NCBI RefSeq assembly: GCF_006345805.1
Contig: NC_043004.1
Coordinates: 13,082,001 to 13,146,000 of the forward strand
Reading direction: 5' to 3'
From: Octopus sinensis
Taxonomy: Eukaryota
Length of the DNA: 64,000 nt
This document shows, in pieces, positions 1 through 13,735 of the stretch. A program made the position numbers and the translations under genes. Below the pieces are notes generated by a model that saw only the letters and a program-made list of their open reading frames with translations, was not told where the DNA came from and searched no databases. Position 1 is the first letter of the stretch; every line of letters starts with the position of its first letter.

Positions 1-592
1 AGATTTTCCTCGCAATTTCGGCTGATTATACTTGAGATTGCTACAATCTGGCCAGCCCCAAGGAAAAACAAAGCTAAGAGCATTATATTTCTTGGAAGAA
101 AGCAGCAAATGTATACAAAAGCAAGGAGGAAAAAAAACGGATAATGTTACACAAATACAAATACAATAAAAATAATAACAGGACATAACAACAGGTGTCT
201 TTCGACTAAGGACTTAAATTGAATTCAGCTGGCGCGTGTGGAAGTGAGGCCTTACGGCAGAGATATAAAAGTTTCACAAACACAGTGAAGAATATCGATG
301 TTGCATGAACAAGGTTCAGACAAAGAAAGAAAGAGCAGGCTGGCCGATCGCTCACGTGGGAAGAGAAGAGAGAGAAGTAGAAGCAGAGGGACAGAAAAAT
401 TAAGGAGGGGCGAGAAAAAATGACAGAGACACAGTGAAGTGAAAAGTGGAGGGAAAGTGAGCAAGAAAAGAAGGCAAAGAAATGTCTGGGAGTGGGAACG
501 AAAGAACGAAGAGTGGAATGAACAAATAAGCGGGAAAGGGATGATATATATATATATGTGTGTGTGTGTGTATGTATATGTATATATATATA

Positions 593-632
<40 letters not shown>

Positions 633-680
633 ATATATATACATATATATATATTTATATGTATGTATGTATGTATGTAT

Positions 681-795
681 ATGTTTGTGTCTGCGTTTGT
701 CACCCCACCATCGCTTTACAATCGATGATGGTGTGTTATTTCTTCAACTAGTATTGCCGCAGTCAAACGACTGAAACAAAAGAAAGAGTGAAAGC
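681..795 (+). mobile_element. Internally deleted 3' fragment of SINE family C (family with an internal microsatellite)
   Basis: Matches the 3' part of the fuller copy at 59912-60318 (…CCCC..CATCGCTT.ACAA.CGATG.TGGTGTGTT… and …GCCGCAGTCAAA.GACTGAAACAA…). Confidence 0.7.
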
Positions 796-821
796 ATACA
801 TACATACATATATATATATAT

Positions 822-901
<80 letters not shown>

Positions 902-905
902 GTAC

Positions 906-938
<33 letters not shown>

Positions 939-953
939 CATACACACACACAC

Positions 954-1002
<49 letters not shown>

Positions 1003-1006
<4 letters not shown>

Positions 1007-1335
1007 GGTAAAGACCCCCTTCGGTTATGAGTGACCATGGGTTTGCACCTAGAGAGTTACCCTCTGAGGCACAAGTCTAGGCAAGGTTGTTTTATGGAAG
1101 ACCAGTAGTCGCCCATGCATACCGGCCTCCCCTCTCCACGCCACCAGTGTTATCCAAGGGAAGACAAAGGTCGATACAGCTTGGCACCTGTGACGTCGCA
1201 ACTCATTTCTACAGCTGAGTGAACTGGAGCAACGTGAAATAAAGTGTCTTGCTCAAGAACACAACACGCAGCCCGTCCGGGATTCGAGCTCACAACCTCA
1301 CGATCGTAAGCTCGACGCTCTAACCACTGAGCCAT
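1003..1335 (-). mobile_element. tRNA-derived SINE, family A, copy 1
   Basis: The minus strand begins ATGGCTCAGTGGTTAGAGCGTCG (A box) and GAGCTCGAATCCCGG (B box-like), followed by a GTGTTCTTGAGCAAGACACTTT body, and ends in an (AT)n tract. Confidence 0.85.
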
Positions 1336-1368
1336 ATATAATATATACATACACACACACACATATAT

Positions 1369-1406
<38 letters not shown>

Positions 1407-1411
<5 letters not shown>

Positions 1412-1740
1412 GGTAAAGACCCCCTTCGGTCATGAGTGACCATGGGTTTGCACCTAGAGAGTTACCCTCTGAGGCACAAGTCTGGGCAAGGTTGTTTTAT
1501 GGAAGACCAGTAGTCGCCCATGCATACCGGCCTCCCCTCTCCACGCCACCAGTGTTATCCAAGGGAAAGACAAAGGTCGATACAGCTTGGCACCTGTGAC
1601 GTCGCAACTCATTTCTACAGCTGAGTGAACTGGAGCAACGTGAAATAAAGTGTCTTGCTCAAGAACACAACACGCAGCCCGGTCCGGGATTCGAGCTCAC
1701 AACCTCACGATCGTAAGCTCGACGCTCTAACCACTGAGCC

Positions 1741-1742
<2 letters not shown>
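1407..1742 (-). mobile_element. tRNA-derived SINE, family A, copy 2 (tandem duplicate of 1003-1335)
   Basis: Near-identical to copy 1; I see only about 5 substitutions or 1-bp indels. The two copies are separated by an (AT)/(AC) tract. Confidence 0.85.
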
Positions 1743-1772
<30 letters not shown>

Positions 1773-1840
1773 ATGTATATATATCTATATGTGTGTGTGT
1801 ATGTATATACATACACATATATATATATATGTGTGTGTGT

Positions 1841-2149
1841 GTGGAGGCACAATGGTCCAGTGGTTAGGCAACGGACTCGAGGTCGGAGATCGCGGTTTCG
1901 ATTCCCAGACCAGGCCTTGTGAGTGTTTATTGAGCGAAAACACCTAAAGCTCCACGGGGCTCCGGCAGAGGGTGGTGGCGATCCCTGCTGTACTCTTTCG
2001 CCACAACTTTCTCTCACTCTTTCTTCTGTTGGCCTGCTCGCTTAGCCAGCCGGGTGGCGTCATTTAAAGGCTAAAACAATGCGAAGCGCATTGTGACCAG
2101 CGATGTGTAGAAACATCTGATAGCCTGGTCGGTCACGGTGATCACGGTG

Positions 2150-2152
<3 letters not shown>
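1841..2152 (+). mobile_element. tRNA-derived SINE, family B, tail type 1
   Basis: GTGGAGGCACAATGGTCCAGTGGTTAGG (A box) and GGTTTCGATTCCC (B box). The body GTGTTTATTGAGCGAAAACACCTAAAGCTCCACG is shared with 31228-31585 and 52612-52900. Confidence 0.85.
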
Positions 2153-2200
<48 letters not shown>

Positions 2201-2204
2201 GATA

Positions 2205-2235
<31 letters not shown>

Positions 2236-2480
2236 ATATATGTATATATATATATTCAGTCATTAATAATTAGTATAATGTATTATTATCTCTATACGGA
2301 GATAATAATACATGTACTCTTCTTTCCTGTTTGTTTTTGTAGACGAATGTTGTTAAAGAAATCGGATGTACAGGAGTTCTTTGAATTCTAAGAAATATTT
2401 CCTAATTTTCTATTGCAATAGGTATGGATGGCATGTGCTTCTGTGTGTACACACACATTTATATGTGCATGTATTTGTGT

Positions 2481-2532
<52 letters not shown>

Positions 2533-2709
2533 ACACCCACAAGCACACATGCAAGTACACAGACATGTTCGTGTGTTTATGTATGCAATTATATTTAATA
2601 CACCACGTTCATTAGGACATGGAAAACTTTCGCTGCGGAAATTCTTTCGCAAGAAATATTCTATCAGACAATGTGAATACACATGCATATATTCATTTAT
2701 ATATATATA

Positions 2710-2741
<32 letters not shown>

Positions 2742-2792
2742 CTGTTAGTGTCAATGTGATGTATACACAGAAATGTGTATGTGAGTATATGT

Positions 2793-2827
<35 letters not shown>

Positions 2828-2861
2828 TATATATATGTGTGTATATATATATATGTACGTA

Positions 2862-2919
<58 letters not shown>

Positions 2920-3997
2920 TGCTGTTTTTATGCCCGTGTATGCATGTATATATACATACATACATATATGTATATATATACATATATATATGCATGCATA
3001 TACATGTATGCATGTGTCTTGTGCGTGTGTGTTCTTATTTTCATCCGTGTTTTCTAAAACGTGATATTAACTTTAGTAACCTATGATATTTAAGAAAATA
3101 AAATTTAGTCTTCAAACACTGTGGGACATAAAGAAAATGGAAAGAAACGAAAGGTAGAAATTGAGAAATACATCATAGATCAGACAATACCGCCTTAACA
3201 TTTGTATGTATTTTATTGAAGTAGAATATATTTTGAAATTCTTTATAATAGCTTGCACTTACAGAGACGTACATTTCTACTGTGCCAACCAGCGGTTCTA
3301 CTAATAATCAGCGTGCTCTGGCGCACAGTTAAAATATTTCAATAGATGCAGTTGTGTGTTGACGTCAGACGTTTGCAATTGCCACTGGGTATGAGAGATC
3401 CGGTTCACGCTGGCATCCAAAATCGTATCAAAAATTAAAGAAAAGCCATCTGTCTGATTGCCAAAGAATACCCACCCGCTGTTCCGTCTCTCTATTTACA
3501 TCTACAGTTGCTCTAACGGCTCCTGCTTCTTAGAACGACGCTGCTTTAGTACCGCCACCCCACCAAAAACTCACCGATCCATGCGTCTCTTGTTTTCTTT
3601 TTACCTTTTCTCATTCTTACTATGTCATTCACTGCACTCTCCACAATAATAGCATTCATAAATAATTTCTCTACAAAACTGCAGATTTCTAAACTTCCTC
3701 TTTATCTATGCTTGTTTCATTGTCATAGAGCAACGAACGTTCAAGTTTAACATCAACTGCATTGACTTCAGGAAGTATGGACGTAATTTACAAGTGTAAT
3801 TGCTATGATTCTTTCTAAAGGATTATGTATTTTAAGGAAATACTTAGTGAAAATGACAATTTCCAACCAAAGCAAATATAACCCAAAATTCATTTTAACG
3901 CTATCCTTATAGATTTTCTATAAAATTCAGAGCCAGCACTGTAAGTTACGATGTTTGGTAAACAAGGTGATCGAAGTGAGAAAAAATACGTAATATG

Positions 3998-4040
3998 TGC
4001 ATAAGCATATTTCAAGGACTATTGTCCTTTCCTCAGTGCC
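3998..4040 (-). ncRNA. Minimal hammerhead-ribozyme-like motif (PLE type), isolated remnant
   Basis: Minus strand GGCA-CTGAGGA-AAGGAC aata GTCCTT-GAAA-TATGCT-TA-TGCA: canonical CUGANGA/GAAA core, a perfect 6-bp stem II and a 3-bp stem I. Stem III is imperfect. Confidence 0.55.
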
Positions 4041-5479
4041 TGATCCAGCACATCATCTGTCCTCGAACATGTTGCTTAAATACCCACTAGGTTTAGGATG
4101 TGTAACAGTTGCATAGACCAAGCTGTTTATTGAACACATTCTCAGCAACTTTTAATTGCAGGCAAGGCCACAATATAATACAAAACTAAGTTATGTCATA
4201 GGTTCATTAGATCAATACTGTGTCCTACTGTGTGTCAATTGTGCTCAAATTTCATTTTAATGCTATCTCCATAGAAATTTGAGCACCGTTAACTTGTGAC
4301 TCGATGTAGTTCTGACTTAATAAACCTATAATATATTGTTGTATGTTAACAAAACAGAATAATTTTGCCTTGCCAGCTATTAAATCCCACCAAAATATTT
4401 ATCAGCGTGGCCCAACGTAGATTCATAAAGTCATTCAATAAATATAGTTAGAGAATATCATCTACGCTTTGTTATATCACTGTAATAAGTCTGAGAGAAT
4501 ATGCCTTTTAGCTGCGATTCTGTTCTGATGTATTCTGCTTTCAGCGAAGATTTAAGGAGCAGGGAAAAATCTAGATAATATTTGCTGTGCGCCTCTGTCG
4601 TTCAGATTATATTTAGTTTGAGACTTAAATTCGTTCCACCTGGACTGATATCGAAATATATATCATTACGTGCTGTAACTTTTCAATTTCAACATCTAAA
4701 TCACAAACTGAAAATATCAATTTAGGGTAAGATTCTTTAAATAGATTATCGTCTTCGTTTTTGCTCCAAAATTATCAGAAATTGCCGTTGCTTATTTTAC
4801 TCAAAGTCCTCTCAGAAAACAGTGGACATACTCATTGTCTTGCATGATAAATCTTCTAGAATGCAGACGCTCTCAACCAGTCTAGCAAGTCCTGGAACTA
4901 AGAGTTTCCACAAGATAACTATATTCTAGCCTGGATCTATAATACTCTACGTCTGGCCAATCAAATGTTATACTCTTTAGGGTTCGATTATATCTTCCAA
5001 AGTCGTCCTTCTGCATAAATAATATTCCCAATTTTAGTTCTAACTACACGTGCATTCCCATAGAAGTTGTACCACACTTGGTAGAATTTCTGGTGATTGC
5101 TATTTTAGGGTAGAGAATGTTACATAAGCGGATTGAATCGATTATAAGTTTATTTTTCTTATGTTGAGAAATCATTATCATGCTTATATTTCCATTTAGC
5201 TTTTTAATTTTTTCGTAACATAAAATCCTTAAGAATCTCTGGTAGCCGTGGATAATAACATTTTGTCTATATTCTGGACTCTTAAGAACACATAAGTGGA
5301 AGTTTGAAAATTAGTTAATGTAAATTCATTAGAAATTTAAAACGATCAATTTCGTTTTATTACATCTTTTTACAGTGAAAAAAATAAAAAGGAAGAGAAG
5401 AAAGATCTGCGCAACGATTTCATTATCTCGTAAACACTAGACACTCTAAAACTCTTCTACAACTATCTATCTATCTACA

Positions 5480-5521
<42 letters not shown>

Positions 5522-5906
5522 TTGGCACACGCTACGCAAGAGTACGTGCGTATGGAATAGTATGAGCGCTATAGTACGTGTATCTACAATCATGTTGACC
5601 GAAACTGTGAAACTGGAGAACGATAAAGGAAAAACATTTATATAAAATGCTGAGAATGTGATATGAAGAACGTATATTTATAAAGTTTATTAATGCGAGC
5701 CTACAGGCAATGTGAGTTGGTAAATAAAGGACGCAGTGGGAGCAGTTTTACTGAACGCAGCATTTATTAGTCAATGTTGTTCCCCGTTGTCTAACATTCA
5801 ACTGTAATTTGTTGTTCCCTCAAGTGAAGGAAGGACCACAGTTCATTGAAGATTTATTACAACATGCTAAACTTTATACACACAAGCACATACACAGACA
5901 CAACTA

Positions 5907-5944
<38 letters not shown>

Positions 5945-6706
5945 TATATATTTGCATGTATGTATGTATAATATATGTGTGTATACGTATATATGTTCGT
6001 GGATGTATGTATATGCTTATAAATACATGTGTGCATATTATATGTATGCCTGTATGTATGTAAATACTCATACTCACATATGATGACCAAAAACATCACA
6101 GCCTCACGGAGAGCTCGACTAAAGCAAAAGCGGTTGGGATGGGCGGGGGTGGAGCGGGTATTAGAAACGGACTAAAAGTAATACGAAACAGTTTTGTAGC
6201 ATGTGAAGCATGGCAATTGAGGTTGAAAGGTCAGATTTGAGGTTGATCGAATGATCAATCAATCTTTTCTAACAGTGCCAGGAGAGCCTTCATTGGAAGA
6301 AAAAAAATCGATAAACGCGATAACAATGCATCGGCCAATAGGAAATACTTCAAGAGAGAGAGCGGTCAGTAAAAACGAAGAATAAGAATTTATACCAACA
6401 GCAAATGTCAATATACTGACAGTAATTTCTATCAATCAATGCTGATGCATGAACGTATAATCGACTTTGCGTTAGTTATGTAACACATTATGCTGTGTCT
6501 TTCACTCTTTCTATGCGGTCTGTTTCGTTTGATAGTCACCATGTTATGATATGTGGCCTTTGCAGGTAGTATTAGCTGGATAATTATTTATGTGTGTCTG
6601 GTTGTTTGCTTCTGCACAATGCATTGATGAAGGAATCTGCATATAATTGTCTTCATTATAGTTATACAGCTTCTTTGATATAGACATATAATGATATAAA
6701 TATATA

Positions 6707-6737
<31 letters not shown>

Positions 6738-6879
6738 GTGTGTGTGTGTGTGTGTATGCGCGTGTGTACGTATCTATTTATCTATTATCCATCTCTCTCT
6801 CTTTCCCTATCTATCTATCTATCTATCTATCTGTCTATCTATATATGTATATATGCGTGTGTATCTGTGTGTATGTATG

Positions 6880-6912
<33 letters not shown>

Positions 6913-6918
6913 ATAATA

Positions 6919-6996
<78 letters not shown>

Positions 6997-7024
6997 ATAT
7001 ATGTGTGTGTGTGCGTGTATGTGT

Positions 7025-8170
7025 GCGTGTGTCCCCATCCAGTTCTTGCCTATGTTCAGTCCTCTGCTGAACGAAGGCTTCAGAATGTTCTCTTCACCAA
7101 CCACGGTCTGATGTTTGCCGAAGAATTCACCAAAGTCTTCATTCCAACTCTTGCGTAGATTTCCCCCACCCACATTTTTCTGAACGTGGTGTTTTGCTCT
7201 CTCAAATTATTATTCTGTATATTATCTTTTCTTCTAAATACCTATCCCGCAAAAGTACATTTCAGGATTTTTAATTTCCAGACAACATCTGTTAAACCTC
7301 TGGCCATTCTTGACCTGTTGTTTCTCCACTTATCCATTTTATTAATCTTCAGAATTCTCCCTTCCATCACTCTTTGTGTTGATTTTAATTTACTTTCAAG
7401 GCTTTGCTTGGTAGTACATGTTTCTGATACATACGTAATGGCAGGCAGCACACATCGGCTGAAACCCTGTCTTATTAGACCCGTGGGCATGTTACTACTC
7501 ATGATGTGATTTAATTTACCAACGGATGCCATCCTAATTGTATTCGTCCTTCAATTTCTTTTGTCTGATTTCTATCCTTTAAGCTGATTATTTATCTAAG
7601 AGAGATATATTGATTCACATCTTCAACTACTTCATCAATTATAACTATATTTCCAGCTGTGATGAGACGGTTGGAAATAGTTTTAGCTTTACTAATATTA
7701 ATTCTGAGTCCATATGTTTTGCTTTCTACGTTCAGTTTATTCTTGTTGATTCCTTAATGCTCCGGGAAATGAGTACAATTTCACCAACGAATTTGAGATG
7801 ATTTAGCATGTCTTGGCTTACATCCATTCCTTTATCCGACCAATATAAATTGTTAAACACGTTTTCTATGACAGACGTGAATAGTTTGATTGATATGGTG
7901 TCTACTTGTCTGACTCCTTTACCAATTTTGACATCAATCACGTTGTACATTATAGTAGTTGTAGTTCTATAGTTAGGGTAGACAAGTTCTAGTAATTTCA
8001 TGCAGTTCCTCTCCATTCCCTTTTCCTCCAGTGTTCTTAGCATATCATACATTTCCACGGAATCAAATGCTTTAGCAAAATGTACAACTGTTAAGCATAA
8101 TATTATGTTGTAAGATTGGCATTTTTCCTTTCGTTCAGTTGGTTTATAGCATTCGTGTGCTGTAGTTTTT
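7025..8170 (-). mobile_element. RTE-clade non-LTR retrotransposon, 5'-truncated and degenerate (RT and C-terminus)
   Basis: Translated motifs FAKAFDSVE (~8060), KIGKGVRQVDTISIKLFT (GVRQGD-like), LNHLKFVGEIVLIS (HLRFADDIVLI-like), CVLPAITYVSET (LTYGxETW-like) and KLKSTQRVMEGRIL. The 3' end reads EAFVQQ followed by a microsatellite. Confidence 0.85.
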
Positions 8171-9077
8171 TCCTTAAGCCTGCCTGTTCTGCTGCAGTGT
8201 TCTCATATATACATATATGAGACAACAATTACGAGATCCCAGTACTAGACAGATTCCACTAAGTGGTCACATAGACATATATGCAAAAATTAAGTCACCC
8301 AAATTCTAGGTCTTCCGACTCTACATACGTTCAGCGATTACCAGAGATGAAGGACGGATAAACAAAGAAATATTTTCATAAAAAAGCACAAACCAAGACT
8401 TAATAAAATTTAATAAAACACATACACAAATAACTATGCACGCATAAAATTAATGCTATCAACATTCTACAGTATTGATAGCATTCATTGAGTGAGTGTC
8501 GCAGTTGGTGAGCAATCCATCCCAGTCGGCTTTCCTTTATCCCTGTGCTCATTTGCTTTTCGTCAGCCATTTCATACAATGTGCACTAGAAACGTGGTCA
8601 TTATAAGATATCTGATATATTTTCCTCAGCTTTCAAGAACTTTAGTCATTTAAATCGTATGTATGACGCCAAGTATTTTATCAAGGTCGAAGTAACCAAT
8701 AGTGAGTTTACCATAAATATAAAGAAAAAAAAGTGTTTAGTTTGGCCGTCTTGCATGGATATACAGAGGCATAAAGGGAGTGAATTCGCTATGAACATTT
8801 AGTTGTGTGATCTACTGAAGTGATTATAACATAAGTGATTTTGTATGCAACAGGAAGTGGTACCCTTAATGTAATCCCCTGGCAGGAGTAGTATGAGATG
8901 GGTCTGATAACTTTATTAAAAACTCAATCCATCCAAAGTATTTTTCCTTTGTTTTTATTTAACCAATTTATCTTGCAGCGAATGGATCAGCAGAAGACTA
9001 TGATAAAAAAAATTACTTGACTAAAGTATCGTCCGATGAATCCGACGGAAATTGGAATTGCCTAGCTGCCTTTAAGT

Positions 9078-9350
9078 ATGTTACGAATGTATGTATGTAT
9101 GTATGTATGTATGTATGTATGTATGTATACATGTATACATGTATGTATGTATGTATGTATGTATGTACGTACGTACGTATGTATGTGTAAGAATTATTAT
9201 GTATGTATTATGTATGTATGTATGTATGTATGTATGTATGTATGTATGTATGTATGGATGGATGGATGGATGGATGATGGATGGATGGATGGATGGATGG
9301 ATGGATAGACGGATGGACGGACGGATGGATGTATATATGTTTGTATGCAT
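9078..9350. repeat. Compound (TATG)n to (TGGA)n microsatellite
   Basis: Read directly from the sequence; it abuts the 3' end of the R4/Dong-like fragment. Confidence 0.95.
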
Positions 9351-9364
9351 GTATTTGTATGTCT

Positions 9365-10318
9365 CTTCTATTTTATAATTATTATAAATCTTCAACTGAG
9401 GTGGAAGCCCGTTTCCAACAAAGATACAAGGCTCTATCTTTGAGATGTAGTCAACACAGACAAATTGTCATTTGGAACCTGAGAAAAGTCTTGCATATTT
9501 TTACTGTTCCACTCAGAGATTGTACTCGTAATGTACGAATTAGCATGTTGATTTCTCTTTCTGAAAATCCCAGTTTATCCAGATTCTCTTTTAGTAACAA
9601 AATCTGGTGCTCCAATTATTATCAGTATGAATATGAATTCATAGTCTGGATAAAGAAGATGGAGGTGCCGTAGCAATTGTCCATAGATATCCTCTTTTTC
9701 TTTGATTTTCAACGAGATATTTATATCTGTAGAGCAGCTAACTTCTATGATGGTACATGCCTCAGCCCCTCTGTCCCAAACAACAATATCCGGCCTGTTA
9801 TGCTTACATTTGACAGAAGTTTTGATAAGAATATTCCAAAAGTACTCCTTCAGTTGGTATTTATGAATGTATTCCATAACAGAGGGATTTTCAGGACAGT
9901 CTTTTTTGCGATTGGCACTGTAAATTATTTTTGCAACAACATCTTACTGCATAGAAGACAGCTACTAATCACATGCGTAAAGTCTTCACAGACACATGAC
10001 ATAGCGTATACATGGGGTTGCACTTTGGGATTACAAGAGCGTCACTGTATCTCGTGTTCACCAGGTACTTTGTGGCTACCTCCTGTTCCTGAATTGCAAA
10101 CGCATAGCCTTTAAAATGTGATGTGATGTAGTGGGCTTGTGTGCAAGAGAGACTGGGCTTCCTGTCAATTCGACTGTCTTCTTCAAGCTCCCGGGCAACA
10201 TACCCATGCATGGTCCTTTTTTCTTTCTTTTGTATGCTGAGTGCTTTCCATCAAGGTTTTCTGAGGTAAGAGAGCCCAGCTGATTTGGGGCTGTATAGGA
10301 GAACATCAGGAAGAGATT
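9365..10318 (-). mobile_element. R4/Dong-like non-LTR retrotransposon 3' fragment (zinc knuckle plus restriction-like endonuclease)
   Basis: ORF 9969-10211 has ITSHFKGYAFAIQEQEVATKYL…CNP..LCH. ORF 9575-9877 has KHNRPDIVVWDR…IIEVSC…KIKEKEDIY (PD-(D/E)xK type). The terminus reads [15 protein letters not shown], followed by a short 3' UTR. Frameshifted. Confidence 0.85.
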
Positions 10319-10635
10319 ATGTATGTACGTACGTACGTATGTATGTATGTATGTATGTATGTATGTATGTATGTATGTATGTATGTATGTATGTATGTAT
10401 GTATATATGTATGTATGTATGTATTTATATGTGTATATATATAAATATATGTATGTATACATATATACATATATACATACATATATATATATATATACGT
10501 TCATATCTGCATCCATACATATCATTCATACATGCATACATACGTGCATACATATATGTACATACAGATACACACAAACACACACACGCACATATACATA
10601 CATATATATATATATATTATGTATGTATGTATGCA

Positions 10636-10717
<82 letters not shown>

Positions 10718-13608
10718 TATATATATGGGAAAGCTAATGTGTGTGTTTGGATAAGTTTATGGGTACAATCCTATAAGCTAAAGTCTGCCTGTATGCTTGT
10801 ATGTTTGTCTTTAAATGGACTGATATATTTACACATTAATCTATATACATAATTATATACACACTTATACATGGATACATCTTTTAAAAGATGTGGGAAA
10901 TGACCGACAAGCATCAACTCGTCTCTTGATCAAAGCGAAGATAAATGTAAAATTAGATAAACATTACTAAGTAAGGGAGATAAATCCATTTTAGATAAAC
11001 ATCGCATCAACCAGCAAATACTCGCAGCGCTGTAACAACAACAACAACAACAACAAGAAAAAAAGAATTATAACAACGTCAATAACAACAGATATAACAA
11101 CAACAACAACAACAACAACAACAAATGTAACAGCAACAATAAATATATCAGCTACAACACCAATGACAACAACAGCAAAAAGGAAATGGAAGCGAAATTG
11201 AAGTCTACAAGAGCTGAAATGGTTTTTCTTATTTGTAAGCGGTCTTTTATAGCCTTCAGTAAACAGAAGACACAAAAAGTTCTGTAGTTTACTTATCGAA
11301 AATCAATAATGATAATGCATTCTGATACCATATTGATAATAACATGCGTATAATGCATACACTGAAAATATATATGTACATACAAACACTGAGAAACATC
11401 AGAATGTAATAATATATGTATACGCATATAATGCTCACGTACATAAATATACATACGTTGTTATATTTGATACATGTCTTCGTGTGTGTGCGTGCATGTG
11501 TATGTGTGTGTATATACATATGTATGTATATATATATATATATATGAATATATATGCAGTAATAAACACGTAAATATATATGTGTGTGTGCGAATGTGTG
11601 TGTGTGTATGTGTGTGTCTGCCCACGCTTGTAGTTGTATGTATGTATGTATATATATCTCGGCCCAACAAAACTGAAGCCTATATACATATTTATATTTT
11701 TCGATGCACATTGAAATTATTACTGTTTAAACAAGCTAATATGTGTATATGTGCATATCCGTTGGAATATAGTGCTATCTACATGCACATAAACCGACAA
11801 ACACACACATATATATATAGTATATATACACATAAACACACATTCACCACGACCGCTATATTTGTATCCACACACACTCCACACGCACATATTTTATATA
11901 TGTATACATGTGTGTATGTTTGGGTTTATGCACAGACGGTGGCGCATATGTCATCTATACGAGTCAGCTGTTTGCGATCCACAAGTGGTTGGCTAGTATA
12001 GTTTCAGCATACCATGGGGGACTTATTTGTATTGCATATTGAGTTACACGTCCATGCTGGATCATTCAGTGTTAGATGGAACGGTTTCCACGTTTAATTA
12101 TTAGCTCTGATCCACATCTATTATATATGTACATACAATCCTATATAACGCCTTATATTTATGAAATGTAGTATAACTAACTGTGTTTAAGATTCGCTGT
12201 GAAAAGATGAGCTAATGTGAGTGCATTCAATTTTGCCCATAGAGAGATAAATAAATGAAACGCCTATACATCTGTTTCTCGTCTTGTTGTTTGTTTATCA
12301 ATTCAGTTGTCTCCATTTTCTGTCCACAAAGGGAGCTACAGCTTAATAGATATTTATGCTTATCACGGACCAAACGAAGCTTGCATGGCCATTCTAATTT
12401 CCGTATCGTACTTTTGTTCGACACGTTATTAATTAAATAATAAATATTTATGCCCGGTACAGTATATATGTATATGATAAAATCTGAAACAAATATAAAG
12501 TAGATGTATCTAGAGTTTAAAAGCTTCTTTGGGAAAATATGAACCAATGTAAATATATATCACTTCCTCTGCGTAGACAGAATAATAAATATTTATTATT
12601 TAATTATCTGATATTTGTGTATGCGAAAAGAGGAAGATAAGGCATGAAAATATCAAAAATGTTTTAGTTTTGACTTTTAAAAGCTCTTCTAATCAGGCAC
12701 TTTTGTCACGCTGGCGAAGTATAAAAAAACTTCTATAAACAGAAAGAGTTGATTAATATTCTGATTAAATATAATGCTGAAATATTTGGCCTGCATTTTT
12801 AGCGCATCAAAACTAGACACACGCACACAGATGCCCTTTCCCTCTTATTGCTATATACATGACATTTAGGATTGATCCTATTATCCAATATTTCATTGGA
12901 TGCCATTTGTAGAAGCTTTGGCTGTTATTTTTTAGCAAGTCGAACGAGTATCTAGAAGTTCTCTTGTTCACGTTGTTTCATCTTCCATTGATAGCAGTAG
13001 GTGTAGTACGATGTGTTTAATTGCTAGTAATACCAACTACCCCTAAATAGAGATTACACACTCTTTTGTGGGGTAGTGTTTATAAAGAATAATGGAGGGT
13101 ATCCTGGTAATGAACATCGTTCTTTTTCGGATGATATTTACTAATCAACAAGTGCCCATCACAATCGAGAGCGACAAGAGATGGTGTACACAAGATGAGA
13201 CAAAATATGAAGTGTATAAGTAATCCGCACTCATACTAAACAAGAAATTAAGAGAGAAATGGAGTCAAGAGAGAAGGCAGAGATTACAGAAGTAATCGCA
13301 GATTAAACATGAACAGAAACATGCAACGTAATGAGAGGAAGTAAGGAGAGATAGATACAGTATACAGGTATCATGCATAAATATTATGGGAGATTGATAT
13401 GGAGAAAGAGAGAGTAAAATTCACGCAAAACAACCAAGTATTTCACATCATCCAGAGACTGTGAGTGAGAGTGACAGAGAAGTGGTAGAGGACACATGCG
13501 CACTATCCAAACAATTCACAAAAAGACACTATAAGATGAGGAGAATGAAATACAGAATATATGAGGGAGACACAACTTCAGATGTACTCCCATATTAAAC
13601 GTAAGACT

Positions 13609-13735
<127 letters not shown>

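Noticed and set aside
1290-1335. tRNA-like sequences at SINE heads (also at 1841, 52612, 59912 and others)
   Set aside because: They have A and B boxes but no complete cloverleaf or acceptor stem and continue into SINE bodies, so they are not tRNA genes.
2343-2421. Plus-strand exon-like segment (TTTTTGTAG|…AATAG|GTATGG)
   Set aside because: Stops occur in all three frames and there are no supporting neighbouring exons; at best a non-coding exon, which cannot be supported without RNA data.
252-3057. Long ORFs such as 2366-3064 (232 aa) and the many [16 protein letters not shown] ORFs throughout the window
   Set aside because: They are translations of (AT)n, (GT)n, (AC)n and (TATG)n microsatellites, which lack stop codons in some frames; they have no domain content.
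3255-3600. GC-richer unique island with a minus-strand GTAAGT donor-like site (possible first exon or promoter)
   Set aside because: No open frame or recognisable protein motif; regulatory status cannot be shown from sequence alone.
9030-9060. CCGATGAATCCGACGGAAA hammerhead-like string
   Set aside because: The core is altered without compensation, and stems I and III cannot be formed.
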